Source: Eledone cirrhosa
Lineage: Eukaryota
Assembly (NCBI GenBank): GCA_964016885.1
Contig: OZ024741.1
Coordinates: 305,474,001 to 305,538,000, forward strand
Reading direction: 5' to 3'
Length of the DNA stretch: 64,000 bases
The notes beneath the pieces were generated by a model. It saw nothing but the letters and a program-made list of their open reading frames with translations, was not told the origin of the DNA and made no database searches. This document shows, one piece after another, positions 12,463-24,849 of the stretch. The position numbers and the translations under genes were made by a program. The stretch's first letter is position 1, and every line of letters begins with the position of its first letter.

Positions 12463-13779
12463 TCATCATCATCATCGTTTAACGTCTATCTTCCACGCTA
12501 GCATGGGTTTAGACGGGAATTGTCCCACTTGAGGCAAGATTGGTCGGGTGACCATGTTTCACTCGTATAGGACTGTCTGGGAGGTTTTCTGCGGCTGGAT
12601 GCCCTTCCTAACACCAACCACGTATACAGTGTGGACTGGGAGGTTTATACCGTGTTACCTACACGGCCACATTACAGTGTGGACTGTGTGTTTTTTTGTC
12701 GTGACACCTACACGACTTCATTTATTTAGGATTGGATGTTGTGGTACCAATATAACTTTACAGAGAAAGGGTGGTTTTGATGGAAGTGTGTGTGTGGGGG
12801 GGGGGTTGCAGTAGGGGTAGTGGGGTGGGGGGTGTATATTTGGTTAAGAGGTGCCTACTGACTGTAGGTTTCGCTTTGTACTTAGGCAAGGCGGGTCTTC
12901 TGTATTACTGTGTAGCGCCAAAGATCTCGGTTCAGTGACATTGTCTTAGAGAGGTGCAAGTGTGTAAGTTCGGAATTTATCAAATCGTCCCAGGTTTTTC
13001 TGGGTCTACCTACTCCGTAACTTCCATCAATTTTGATCGCCCTGCACTTTTTTTATACAGCTGTCGTCTTTCATGCGCATCACGTGACCATACCAACGTA
13101 GTCTTCTCTTGAGTAAACAACATCTGATCCCTCTTATTCCTAATTTCTCACTTAGTTCATTTATGCTTTGTCGTTCACGTATATTACTATTACACATCCA
13201 ACGGAGCATGCATATTTCGTTCCTCTCCAGTCTGCGCAGATCCTCTGCACACAATGCCCATGTCTCACTGCCATGTAACATTGCTGTTCGTATGCAGGCA
13301 TCATACAATCTGCCTTTTATTTTTAGAGAGAAACCTTTAGTGGCCAATAGTGGTATAAGCTCTCTGAACTTTTTCCAACCCGTTCTGACTCTGGCTACTG
13401 TACTTTCAGAGCACCCTCCACCACTGCTGATTTTGTCACCCAGGTAACGGAAGGTGTCCACTATTTTTATAGAACCATCTGGGCAATAGAAGGAGCTAGT
13501 ATCCTGTGGGCACTTGCTACTTATTGAACCTGAGCACCGGCCACATATAAAATCTACGTTCTTAGATAGCCTACCTGTGATCCCACCTCATCTTTTATGT
13601 ACCCATACTTTGCATTTGGGACATAAAATGGAATTTCTGCCTACTCCTTTCCTACACACTGAGTATGGCCATTTCCCAGATGGGACCTGTGCCCTATATT
13701 CCTTTCTATATACTAGAACTTTAGTTTTAGACAAGTTAACTTTAAGGTCTTTTGATTCTAGGCCATGCTTCCATGTTTG

Positions 13780-13782
<3 letters not shown>
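12463..13782 (-). mobile_element. RTE LINE copy 2 (same subfamily as copy 1), 5'-truncated at a (TA)n tract
   Basis: [40 protein letters not shown] and DTFRYLGDKISSGGG..RRLRWYGHVMR. The 3'UTR and (CAT)n tail are homologous to 1774-2280. Confidence 0.92.
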
Positions 13783-13866
<84 letters not shown>

Positions 13867-14001
13867 CTGTGTACATATTCTTCTATAGAATATGTATTTG
13901 GTATATATACAATATACCGTGTTTTTTATTCGATATATGGCTCTTTCCCTTTCTCTATATACATATATCTTTACATTTGGTTATATATATATATATATAT
14001 A

Positions 14002-17000
14002 TCATCATCATCATCATTTTACGTCCGCTTCTCCCTGCTTGCAAGGGTGGGACGGGTCCCATTCAGCATCTTTCCCCTTGTCACGGTCCTTCGTCATCTC
14101 CACCGTGAGCTTCAGCTATCTGAGGTCTGTTCTCACCATCTCCGCCCATGATTTTCGTGGTCTTCCTCTACTACCTCTTCCTTCAACTGGCATTTCCTGG
14201 CACTTCTTCACCCATCGGTCATCCTCCATGCGCTTCACATGTCCATACACCGCAGTCTCCTCTCCCGCACACTACATTCTATTCCTCACAGACACAGTTT
14301 CTCTCTCAACACATCCATGCTTGGTCATTCACGCACATTTACACTGCACATCCAACGGAGCATGTTTGCCTCATTTCTCTCCAGCCGTCGCATATCCTCT
14401 TGGTTGCTGCCCAAGTCTCACTACCATGCAGCATCACGCTCCTCACACAGGCATCATATAACCGGCCTTTCATACGCAGGGAGAAACCCTTCTTCGTCAG
14501 CAGAGGAAGCAGCTCCCTAAACTTCTTCCAGCCCGTCCTTATTATAGATACTATGGCCTTGGAACACCCCCTCCCATGCTAATCTGATCACCTAGGTACC
14601 GGAAGCTATCAACCACTTCTATAGCACCCACCTGTATTTAAAAAATGTGTCTATCAATGCGACTTCTACTGCATACGTATTTCTCCCTACCTGTTAGTTG
14701 CCTGCTATTCCACTACATCTCTTGTGTACCCAAGATCTGCACTGTGCGCATTTTATAGAATTTGTGCCAGTTCCTTTTCTGCATATCGAACATGGCTATT
14801 TCCCTGACGGAATCAGAGTTTTGTCCTCTTTTCTACTCATCAACACTTTTGGTTCACTAGGTTCACTCTCAGTCCTCTTGATTTCAACTGATGTTTCCAT
14901 AGCCAAAATTTATTCTGTAGCTCCTCTACTGATTCTGCTATAAGAACCAGATCATCAGCATAGAGAAGTTCCCATGGACAGCCAGTCTTAAACTCCTCTG
15001 TTATGGCTTGGAGGACTATAAGGAACAAGAGTGGATTGAGGACCGAACCCTAATGTACTCCTACTTGTATCTGGAATTCCTCACTAAACTCCATTCCTAC
15101 CCTCATTTTACTGACAGCACCTCTGTACAAAGTTTTCACTGTCCTCACAAGCCATTCCTCAACACCTAGTTTCCTTAGGGACTACCAGATGACAGATCGG
15201 GGTACCCTATCAAAGGCCTTCTCTAGGTCATCAAAAGCTAAGTATAGTGGCTTATTCTTCTCTAAGAACCTCTCTTGTAACTGTCTCACCAAGAAGAGGG
15301 CATCTGTTGTACTTTTCCGAGGCACAAAACCAAACTGCATCTCATCTAGTTTGACCCTTTCTCTAATTAGTTGTGCTAATATCCTTTCTCCCACTTTCAT
15401 AACCTGATCCATCAGTTTTATACCCCTACAATTTCTCCTCTCCAGAGTATCCCCTTTACCTTTGTAGCAATTTATGAGAATACTGCTGCACCAGTCTTTA
15501 GGTATGACACCGCCATATATAGCCTGATTGATGATGCGTGCAACCAGTTTAGTGCCTACGTCCCTTGATGCCTTCAGCATCTCAGCAACTATCCCTGATG
15601 GTCCAGCGGCCTTATCATTTTTCTTTTCCATAATCGCTTCTAGGACCCTATATTCGTCAATCTCAATAGCTGGTCCCTCTGTCGGATCTACTGAGGGTAA
15701 TTTCTCTCTCTTCCATTCGTTCTTCACTTTCATCAGTCTCTCATAATGACATTTCCAGGCCTCCTTTTTCTGATCATTCGTAACACTAAATACACCGGCA
15801 TCATTCCGGACACATTTATCTTCAACAACATCCTGATTTGCATTGACTCACTACCTTGCAATGCGGAACACTGCACGTCTCTGATCTTCCCGTCGCAGAA
15901 CATTGACAAACCTGATACTCTCAGCCTCCCTGCGTGATAAGTACACCTGACGTCTAGCTTCTCTCTTAGCGGCTGTATATCCTTCTCTACTTCCACCATT
16001 TTTCCAAGCCTTCCATGCTAGTCTTTTGTCTCTAATGGCCCTATCTACCATGCTGTTCCACCACCAGGTCACCCTCTGTCTGGTTGGAGCTCTGCTACAG
16101 CCACAGGTTTCATCAGTAGCCTGCAGTAAGTTGTCACGTAAGAAATTCCAGTTATCATCTATGTCATACGACTCTAAATCGTCTTCTTTTTCGTCATACA
16201 CATCTTGAAGGGCTTTCTTAAATTTTTATTTTAGTGAAAGGTCTTTTAGCTTCCAGACCTTTCTTCTCCACACCTTCCTTTATGTTTCATTCCGTCTCTT
16301 GCTTACTGAGATATCACTAACGACTAACCTATGCTGTGGGGTACATTCTTCCCCAGGGCATGCCTTGATATTTGACACCATCTGCCTGTCCCGCTGTCTA
16401 ACTAGTAAGAAGTCAATCTGGCTTATGTGCTCGCCAGATTTGTATGTTATTAGGTGATCGGCAGGTTTCTGGAAGTTAGTGTTGCAAATGGTTAGTGTAC
16501 TTGCATCACAAAATTCAAGATGTCTCACTCCTTCATTTCTTGAGCCGTAACCGTGCCCAACATGTACTCCAGTGTAACCATCCTGGAGCTGTCCAACATG
16601 ACCATTGAAGTCCCCTGCTAGCATATGTCTCCGTCCTCTGTCATTGCAGCTGTTTGTAAAAGTTGCTCAAAAAAGCAGTCTTTCTCTTCTTTACCTAGGC
16701 CTGCTTGGGGAGCATAGGCAGAGATGATTGTCAGTAGTCTCCTGCCTACAACTAATCAAAGCTTAATTATTCTATCATTAACTCGAACTACCTCTATTGT
16801 CTTATCGATCCATCTCTCAGCCAGGAAAATGCCTACTCCACCTAACCCATCATCCTTACCTACCCAGAATAGCTTATAACTAAGATGTTTGCCTGTGATT
16901 AATCTCGCAGAGGCACCTCTCCATCTCACCTCTTGCACACAGCACACATCCACATGCCTTCTCTCCAGCATCTCCGCTATTTCACCAGATCTACCTGTGA

Positions 17001-17290
17001 GAGTGCCAACATTAAGTGTTGCAACTCTGAGATGCGAAGTTTTCATATTCTTGTTCCTTTTCCTGTAGTGCGATTGCTTGAAGACGGTTGGAGGGTTCTC
17101 ACACATGGCTGCACTAGCCACCCCACTACTGTGCGCAGCCCTAACATGGTTAGTGTTATTGCTGTTTATTGCGATATATATTTGTTGTTGTGCTCATAAT
17201 TGTTTTGGCATTAATACACTGGTTGGATGCCCTTCCTAACACTAGTGTCGCTTTACAGCATGGACTGGGTGCTTTTTTCGTGCCACCAGC
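14002..17290 (-). mobile_element. RTE LINE copy 3, near full length (APE + RT + PHD), frameshifted
   Basis: APE motifs ATLNVGTL, CVQEVRW, AGDFNGHVG, QIDFLL, HRLVVSD; RT motifs QFGF, DLEKAFD, YADD; (CAT)n tail at 14002; multiple stops and frameshifts. Confidence 0.92.
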
Positions 17291-17935
17291 ACATATACAT
17301 ATATATATGTATATATATATACATATACATATATGTATGTATGTATGTATGTATATACATGTACACATATACATGTACACATATACATTGTACAAATACA
17401 CATTTTCACATACACACACACGTACACAAACAAAAACGCACATATACACAAACACATGCACAAACACATTCACAAACACAAGAACACATACGCACATACA
17501 CATACCAATACGTAAACACAAACACACATTAATACATTCACGTCCATATACATGTTACACATACATCCAACTGTGGTACCATTCCTGACTAAAACAAACA
17601 TATTTGATGCAGATAAGATTCTATCTGAGAAAAGGTGACATTGACAAGTAAATTAAGAACAAATAAAAATGATCTTAAAAATAAGTCAGGTATCTTTCCA
17701 TTATCAAGCTACGGTGTGGTGGTAGGGTGGGGCTGAAGAAGTTAGCGTAGTTGGTGTAGAGTGAAAGCGATGGGCGTGGAGGGAGAATAAGTTATTTGTA
17801 AAGACTGTGTTATGGGCGAAGTGGAGAGAAAAATAAATGCAGTGATAATATTGGGATAATGAACGTGTTATGTATGCATGTATATGTATGTAAAAAAAAA
17901 AAAAATGATTTATTCATTGAACCATGTTTAACATT

Positions 17936-17981
<46 letters not shown>

Positions 17982-18014
17982 TACATATCCTTATTATGAA
18001 GCATTTCCCCCCCG

Positions 18015-18054
<40 letters not shown>

Positions 18055-18087
18055 CGGGGGGGAAATGCTTCATAATAAGGATATGTA

Positions 18088-18140
<53 letters not shown>

Positions 18141-18145
<5 letters not shown>

Positions 18146-18778
18146 AATGTTAAACATGGTTCAATGAATAAATCAAAGAATGAGACATTTAACGATAATG
18201 AATATAATAACACTAGCAATATTAATACTAGGAATAACAATAACATTAATCTAAGCACAATCAATAGAACACTTCAAAGTACTAATAATGTTAATGTAAG
18301 TTGTCCAATTTATAGTAATAACAATAAATCGAAATGTAATTGTAGAAATAGACCAAATTGCCCTCTGCAAAATAATTGTCTGGATAGCAATCTGGCCTAT
18401 AAATGCACCGTAAAAGCAAATAACATCACATACAACTATATTGGTGCAACTTCATCGACATTTAAATCAAGGTTTTCGAATCACAAATGCTCTTTTTCGA
18501 ATCCTAATAAGAAATTTTCGACTTCTTTATCACAACTTATATGGTCGTTAAAAGACAAAAAATTAAAATACTCGATTTCTTGGTCGAAGCTGTGTAATAG
18601 TCGAATCTACTTGAATTCTTCAATATCACCTAACTGCAATCTCTGTACCATGGAGACCCTATTAATAATTACTAATTATGAAAATTTAATTAACAAAAAA
18701 AGTGAATTATTCTCAAATTGCCTACATAAAGCTTCCTCTACATTCCAAGCCTCGCAAAAAGTCAGGAAAAAACACTAA
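18141..18778 (+). CDS. Penelope-like element (Neptune-type) GIY-YIG endonuclease domain, 5'-truncated
   Basis: [15 protein letters not shown] Cys linker, then [28 protein letters not shown] and LINKKSE. The upstream part of ORF 17996 is microsatellite. Confidence 0.85.
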
Positions 18779-20833
18779 ATAAATAGGTTCTAATTTTTGA
18801 CGTCTCTTATCAACTGAGTGCGTAAAACGTTATAACAGATTATAAAACCTTAAAATAATTTTTCATTTTTTATTCTTTTACGATAAGATTAATGTTAGAT
18901 TAATGGGTTCTATATAGGTATAGATTGTTAACATGATCTCTTGATGAATATGCATATCATTTGATTGTGTAGATACATTTAATTGATTCTTGTATATTTT
19001 TTAAAAATATATAGCTTATATGGTTAACAGTTCTAATGAACCGTAAATCATTCATGCATTTATGTATTTGTGTATTTCTTCTTTTGGAGTATGTTAGTTT
19101 TATGATTCAGGATGTTTGATTTATATATTTATTTATATATATATTAATGGTATATGCGTCGCACACGATCCTAGTCGACAAACTTCTTCCACTTTTTTCA
19201 CTTGATGTAAAACTTCGATTATAACTTTATTAACAATGATTGTATTTATTATTTATTATATGTATATGGATCACTAATATCGTTTTGACTTCCGAACAGA
19301 ATACTCTATGTATATTTGGACAAATGTGTATATCTAGTACAATAACATGCTTCTAGCTACATTTATAAGTACTTTAGATACTTAAGGACATTCTAGTGTT
19401 ATAATTGTTAAATATTTTCTAAATTATATAACGATTATTATTTTTTAATTAAATTAAATTAGGATTACCTTCGGGTCAATGAAAATCTTAAGTTTTATCT
19501 TTGTCATGTTTGCAGAGACTTTAAATATGATATTATACTACAATATAGATCCTTAAAAAAAATTTTCTTGTATTTTTAAATTATATAGATTAGATATTTG
19601 GCACTTTTATGATCGCAAGCAATTTACTTTTTTACTTTGAATCTGCTTCGTATCCTTATGATTCATGAAGTTTGATTTGTGTATTTATAGTATATATGTA
19701 TTACATGATCCTAATATAATAACTTTAATTTTTAACAATATTAACAGTAACTTATTTACTATATTAAATTATATTATGTTATGTATAACTGACTAATTTC
19801 GTCTTGAACTTTAGACAATATGCTCTTTGTATATATTTAGACAAATGCATATATCTAATTTAATAATACCCTTTTTTGAGTTTAATTATAAGGCCTTTAG
19901 ATACTTTAAGGCATTCTAATTGTTAATTTAAAATTTTTAAAGTTATAACTAATTATTTTCTAAATTATATAATGTCTATTATTTTAATATAAAATTTTTT
20001 TTTTTTAATATAAGATAATATAATTTAATATGGATTACCTTCGTGAAGATGAAAATATTAAGTCTTCCTTCTCATGTTTGCAAATACTTCAAATATGATT
20101 TTATAAATTAAATATGATAGTATACTTTAATATTAATATAGATATTTATAAACCTTTATAGCTTGAAATATTATACATTTTGATTAATTCATTATTCTGA
20201 ACTAACATAAATAAATGATTTGAAATTTAACGTTCAGCCGGATACGTTTGGATATATATAGTGTATATAATTAATTGTTAGTATATTTCTAATTAACTAA
20301 GGACTCGAAATTTACACCCAGATATATTTAATATTTAGATTGATGGATACCTCGAGATAATTCAATAATTCAAAAAATCGAGTTTCCTCCTTCACAAAGC
20401 TATGCCTGAATGTATATTCATGTGTTTGTATAGATATATATCATTTTTGCATTATCTAATCACACCCTATTCATCCACGACAATACAAACCTCCCTCCCT
20501 ATGCTTTATACTATAAAAATTATTACTCCTTGTCTCTCTATCCTTGATCAATTCTCTTTTGCTTTCTATACTTCTAGTAACTATATTTTCTCCTCATCTG
20601 TTTCTCTCTGTCTTTCTTCTTTCTTCAATAATTTAAATTATTTGAATCTCTAACAGTTATGTAAATTGCTATTATGTATTTTTAAGCTTTCTCACACGCA
20701 CCCTCTGTATTATATGTACATTTTTTCATGTCTCAATCTTAAGGTATACAAATATTGAGTTTTGTCATATCTTATTCACTAGCATGACTGAATCTTAACC
20801 ATCTACTATGTCAGGGTATGTCATGCATCATCT

Positions 20834-20900
20834 TATTTTATCTGATGAGGACGTACTGTTGAAGTTAGCTCAGTACCTCTGAAATATGTATAATAAAATA
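20834..20900 (+). ncRNA. Type-I hammerhead ribozyme in the Penelope 3' region
   Basis: TATTTTAT-CTGATGA-GGAcGTACTG(loop)CAGTACcTCT-GAAA-TATGTA-TA-ATAAAATA: perfect 8-bp stem I, intact core, AUA triplet. Confidence 0.8.
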
Positions 20901-20959
20901 TACTTGATCACATGAATGTCTATTTTTGTTAATATTTTGAATTAATAAGGATATGTATG

Positions 20960-21018
<59 letters not shown>

Positions 21019-22094
21019 CATACATATCCTTATTATGAAGCATTTCCCCCCAGCACATACATATATATATATATATATATTTTTTTTTTTACATACATAT
21101 ACATGCATACATAACACGTTCATTATCCCAATATTATCACTGCATTTATTTTTCTCTCCACTTCGCCCATAACACAGTCTTTACAAATAACTTATTCTCC
21201 CTCCACGCCCATCGCTTTCACTCTACACCAACTACGCTAACTTCTTCAGCCACACCCTACCACCACACCGTAGCTCGATGATGGAAAGATACCTGACTTA
21301 TTTTTAAGATCATTTTTAAGATCATTCTTAATTTACTTGTCAATGTCACCTTTTCTCAGATAGAATCTTATCTGCATCAAATATGTTTGTTTTAGTCAGG
21401 AATGGTACCACAGTTGGATGTATGTGTAACATGTATATGGACGTGAATGTATTAATGTGTGTTTGTGTTTACGTATTTGTATGTGTATGTGCGTATGTGT
21501 TCTTGTGTTTGTGAATGTGTTTGTGCATGTGTTTGTGTATATGTGCGTTTTTGTTTGTGTATGTGTGTGTGTATGTGTAAATGTGTATTTGTACAATGTA
21601 TATGTGTACATGTGTTTTTGTGTCTGAGTTTGTGTATGTGCATGTCTGTTTGCGTTTGTGTATGTGTGTGTTTTTGTATGTGTCTCTGTCTGAGTATGCG
21701 TGTTTATGCATGCGCATGCGGTTTTGTTCATGTGTATGTATGTGTATGCACATGCATATTTGTGTTTGTGATTATTTGAGCCGGTGTGGTGTTTAAGCTG
21801 GCTGGTTATACAACTTGTGCTTTTTTTTAAAGAAAAAAAAATGAAAGGCATCTTATGCTTTTGTATAAACAATAAATACACGGCCTAATCTCGCATCAAT
21901 GGCAATAAGCAATGTTGGATGCCTGTAGTTAATATATTCCACCATCATATTGTTTTTTTTTTAAATGTAAGGTCTTGCCAGCTGATAAAAGTGTGTACAT
22001 TATACTCATCTAATTATTCTAATATATTCGCCCCGACACACGGATACGGGATGTTTATCATTCATGTATATCTTTGTTTGAGAAATGTGAAGTA

Positions 22095-22485
22095 GCTGAC
22101 TAGGGCAAAATCGATAGAGCGTCGGACGAAATACGTTGCAGCATTTAGTTACGACTTTCTACGTTCTGAGTTCAAATCTCGCTGAGGTTAGCTTTGCCTT
22201 TCATCCTTACGGGGTCACTAAAATAAAGTACCAGTAATGCACTGGAGTCAATTTAATCGACTTTTCTCCTCCCCAAAAATTGTTGGCCTTGTGACTAAAT
22301 TAGAAACCATTATTTAAGGGTAGTGGATTCACAGTATTGGTAGAGCGTGAGAAACATGCCTTACGGCATATAGTTACGTCCCTTTAGATTCCGATTTCAA
22401 ATCACCCCGCGGTTAATTTAGCCTTTCATCCTTACGGGATCAATAAAATAAAATACCAGTAACGCACTCTGGTCGATTTAATTGG
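22095..22485 (+). mobile_element. Two adjacent Nin-domain-type tRNA SINEs
   Basis: Both contain GTTCAAAT/TTTCAAAT..GCCTTTCATCCTTACGGG..AAAATAAA..TACCAGTAA. Further copies lie at ~23400-23600 (+), 23780-23908 (-), 24066-24192 (+), 45180-45310 (-) and 56700-56905 (-). Confidence 0.75.
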
Positions 22486-23682
22486 CCATCCCTGAAAGGT
22501 AGGGCAGAGGTAGCGAACACGTACATTATATCCGTCATTTACTGCCACCTGACAATCTGACTGCACTGGAATGTTTGCTTTTTTTGTGAAGTAGATGCGC
22601 GTTAATGGTGAGGCGGCCGATTTGCTGTCAACACTCACTGCGTGGAGGATTGGACAGGTTATGGCTGATGAAGCGCAAACATGCGCTGAGGCTACGGCAT
22701 CTCCATTTTTTCTTTGACGGTAAACAGGTGTGTTCGCCGTCCGCTAGATGTGTTTTTCCCCAGCTATCCCCTTTGATGGAGCTGCAGTCCTGGGGTAAGC
22801 GAAGATTGAGGGGGAGCGCTTGGAAACTGGAATGTCTTCAAGCGCCAACCGAACAGTATGATCGGTGTAAAATCCACCATGGCATTCTACAAAGGGCTAG
22901 TGGCGAGTTAAAATGACAACATTTTTGGGGGGACTGGACGTCGTCGAAAATCAACTATCTATTCTTTTTCAGAGGACTTTCGGTTCAGGACCCATGGATA
23001 ACTTCCAGAAATCCCTGGCATCGTAGTACTACCGGTGAGCATTGCCAGTTCAAGATAAACTCTACAGACGTGGAAGCACCGTAAGCCTTGCCTGTCCAAT
23101 ATATGTACAGGGTGACGAAACCGCGCCGTGCACACTCGCTGTATGTCTAAGTATTGCTGTATTGTGGGTTTATGTCGAACACCTACTGATACGTGTAGGA
23201 CGGATCCGGCTATCAGCTGAGTCCACCGTGAAAATCGTTCCACAGCCTTCATTTACCCGGGAAGAGCATGCCGTTGTTATCTGTCGTGTGGCCATGGCGA
23301 AAGAGGTCGTGTAGTGGATGTATTTTAAAAGTATGAAAACAAGCACGTCCCTTTTCGGCAAAGCCCTGATTAACCTTTTCAGGTTTCACTTGAAGAGGAA
23401 AATCAGTCAGTATCGTTAGAGCGTCAGACAAAATGCTTTGCGGCATTTGTTACTGTCCATTACCTTCTCAGTTCAAATCCCACTGAGGTCAACTTTGCCT
23501 TTCATCCTTCTAGGGTTAATAAAATAAAGTACCTGTCATGTACTGGGTTGATACACTCAACTTTTCCCGTTCCCTCAAAATTTCTATTCTTACGCCTAAA
23601 TTAGTGGAGTCGTTGGTGGGCCGTAGGGACATACAGCGTTTTTAGGGCATTTAGAACCTGGCGGAGTTCATCCCCTCTCCAA

Positions 23683-23714
<32 letters not shown>

Positions 23715-24849
23715 TATGTGTGCGCGTGTGTATGTGATAGAAAGAAGTGCGAAAGAGAGACAAAGGAAGAATCGATAACAGTACTGAACTGGTACTTCTT
23801 TTTATCAACCTTGAAAGAATGAAAAGAAAAGTTGACCTCGGGGAGATTCGAACTCAGAACGCAGGGGCCGTATCACATACCGTGAAGCATTCTATCCGAC
23901 GCTCTCACGGCACTTGACATAGTTAAAGAAGAAAAAAATGGCGTTCGCAAATGTATTTTGTAGTTGAACACTTCTACGATTTTCCAAAAATCGTAGACCT
24001 GAAAGTTATATTTTACAGACAATCCACGCCATCTTCATTTCAATAAGACATTAAATGAACTATAAGGCAGCAAAATGGCCCAGTTGTTAGAATGTCGGAC
24101 AGAATGCCTTTGCAGTATTCGTTCCGACTCTCAACTCTCTGAGTTCAAATCCTGTCAAGGCAACCTTTGTCTTTCATCCTTTAAAGGTCCATAAAAATAT
24201 ATATCTCTGTCAGTTCTGAGAATGTTCCAGTTGTTCGAGCAATGGAACGACCTGTTCCTGAGATTAACGTGTATGAGGCTGAGAATTCCACTCAAACGTG
24301 TACCCATGACTTAATTTAAAGGTTGATTCAGCGTGACACAGTATGTGATAAGGGAGGCCCTTTGAATTACAACTACAGTCCATTTGATGGGCTTCCAAGG
24401 TGTTTCCGTCTATGAAGATTAACCCACAAAGCATGCATCAACCCAAGGGCATAGGAAATGGCGCTTGCCCAAGATAAAACGTATCTTAACCATTCAACTA
24501 TGTTGAATCCATTATTCATATTTTAGGAAACTGCTGAAGTCACAAAGAGTTATCTCTTTATAGCAATAGCTCCCGCTAGGTATCTCAATGCCTCTTACAT
24601 GACCGCACATCTAAACCAACCAGCTTTGACCTTCCTGGAAAGCAATGGGTGTCCTTTAATCGGATCTAGATAACACATGCCAGGACAGTCCATCATCTCC
24701 ATCGATGGAAATCGAAAGACAGCCCAGCATGACATATAGAAATACTAGCAACACTAGCAGATATACAGTCTCTAAGACCTATGCTAGAGTAGGCTTTTAA
24801 ATCTTAGGTAGCATGCTGCTGTGTTGAAAGAATTAGTAGATTAAAAACG

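Larger units (their letters stand above)
17340..21880 (+). mobile_element. Penelope-like retroelement: inverted copy of tail + GIY-YIG + long AT-rich 3' region + hammerhead + tail
   Basis: ~17370-17905 is the reverse complement of ~21078-21612. A ~560-bp internal tandem duplication lies at ~19100-19530 vs ~19657-20105. HHR at 20834. Junctions fall in (TA)n. Confidence 0.75.

Noticed and set aside
17996-18140. N-terminus of the 260-aa ORF
   Set aside because: It runs through a fold-back and a (TA)n tract; only the part after ~18141 is element-derived coding sequence.
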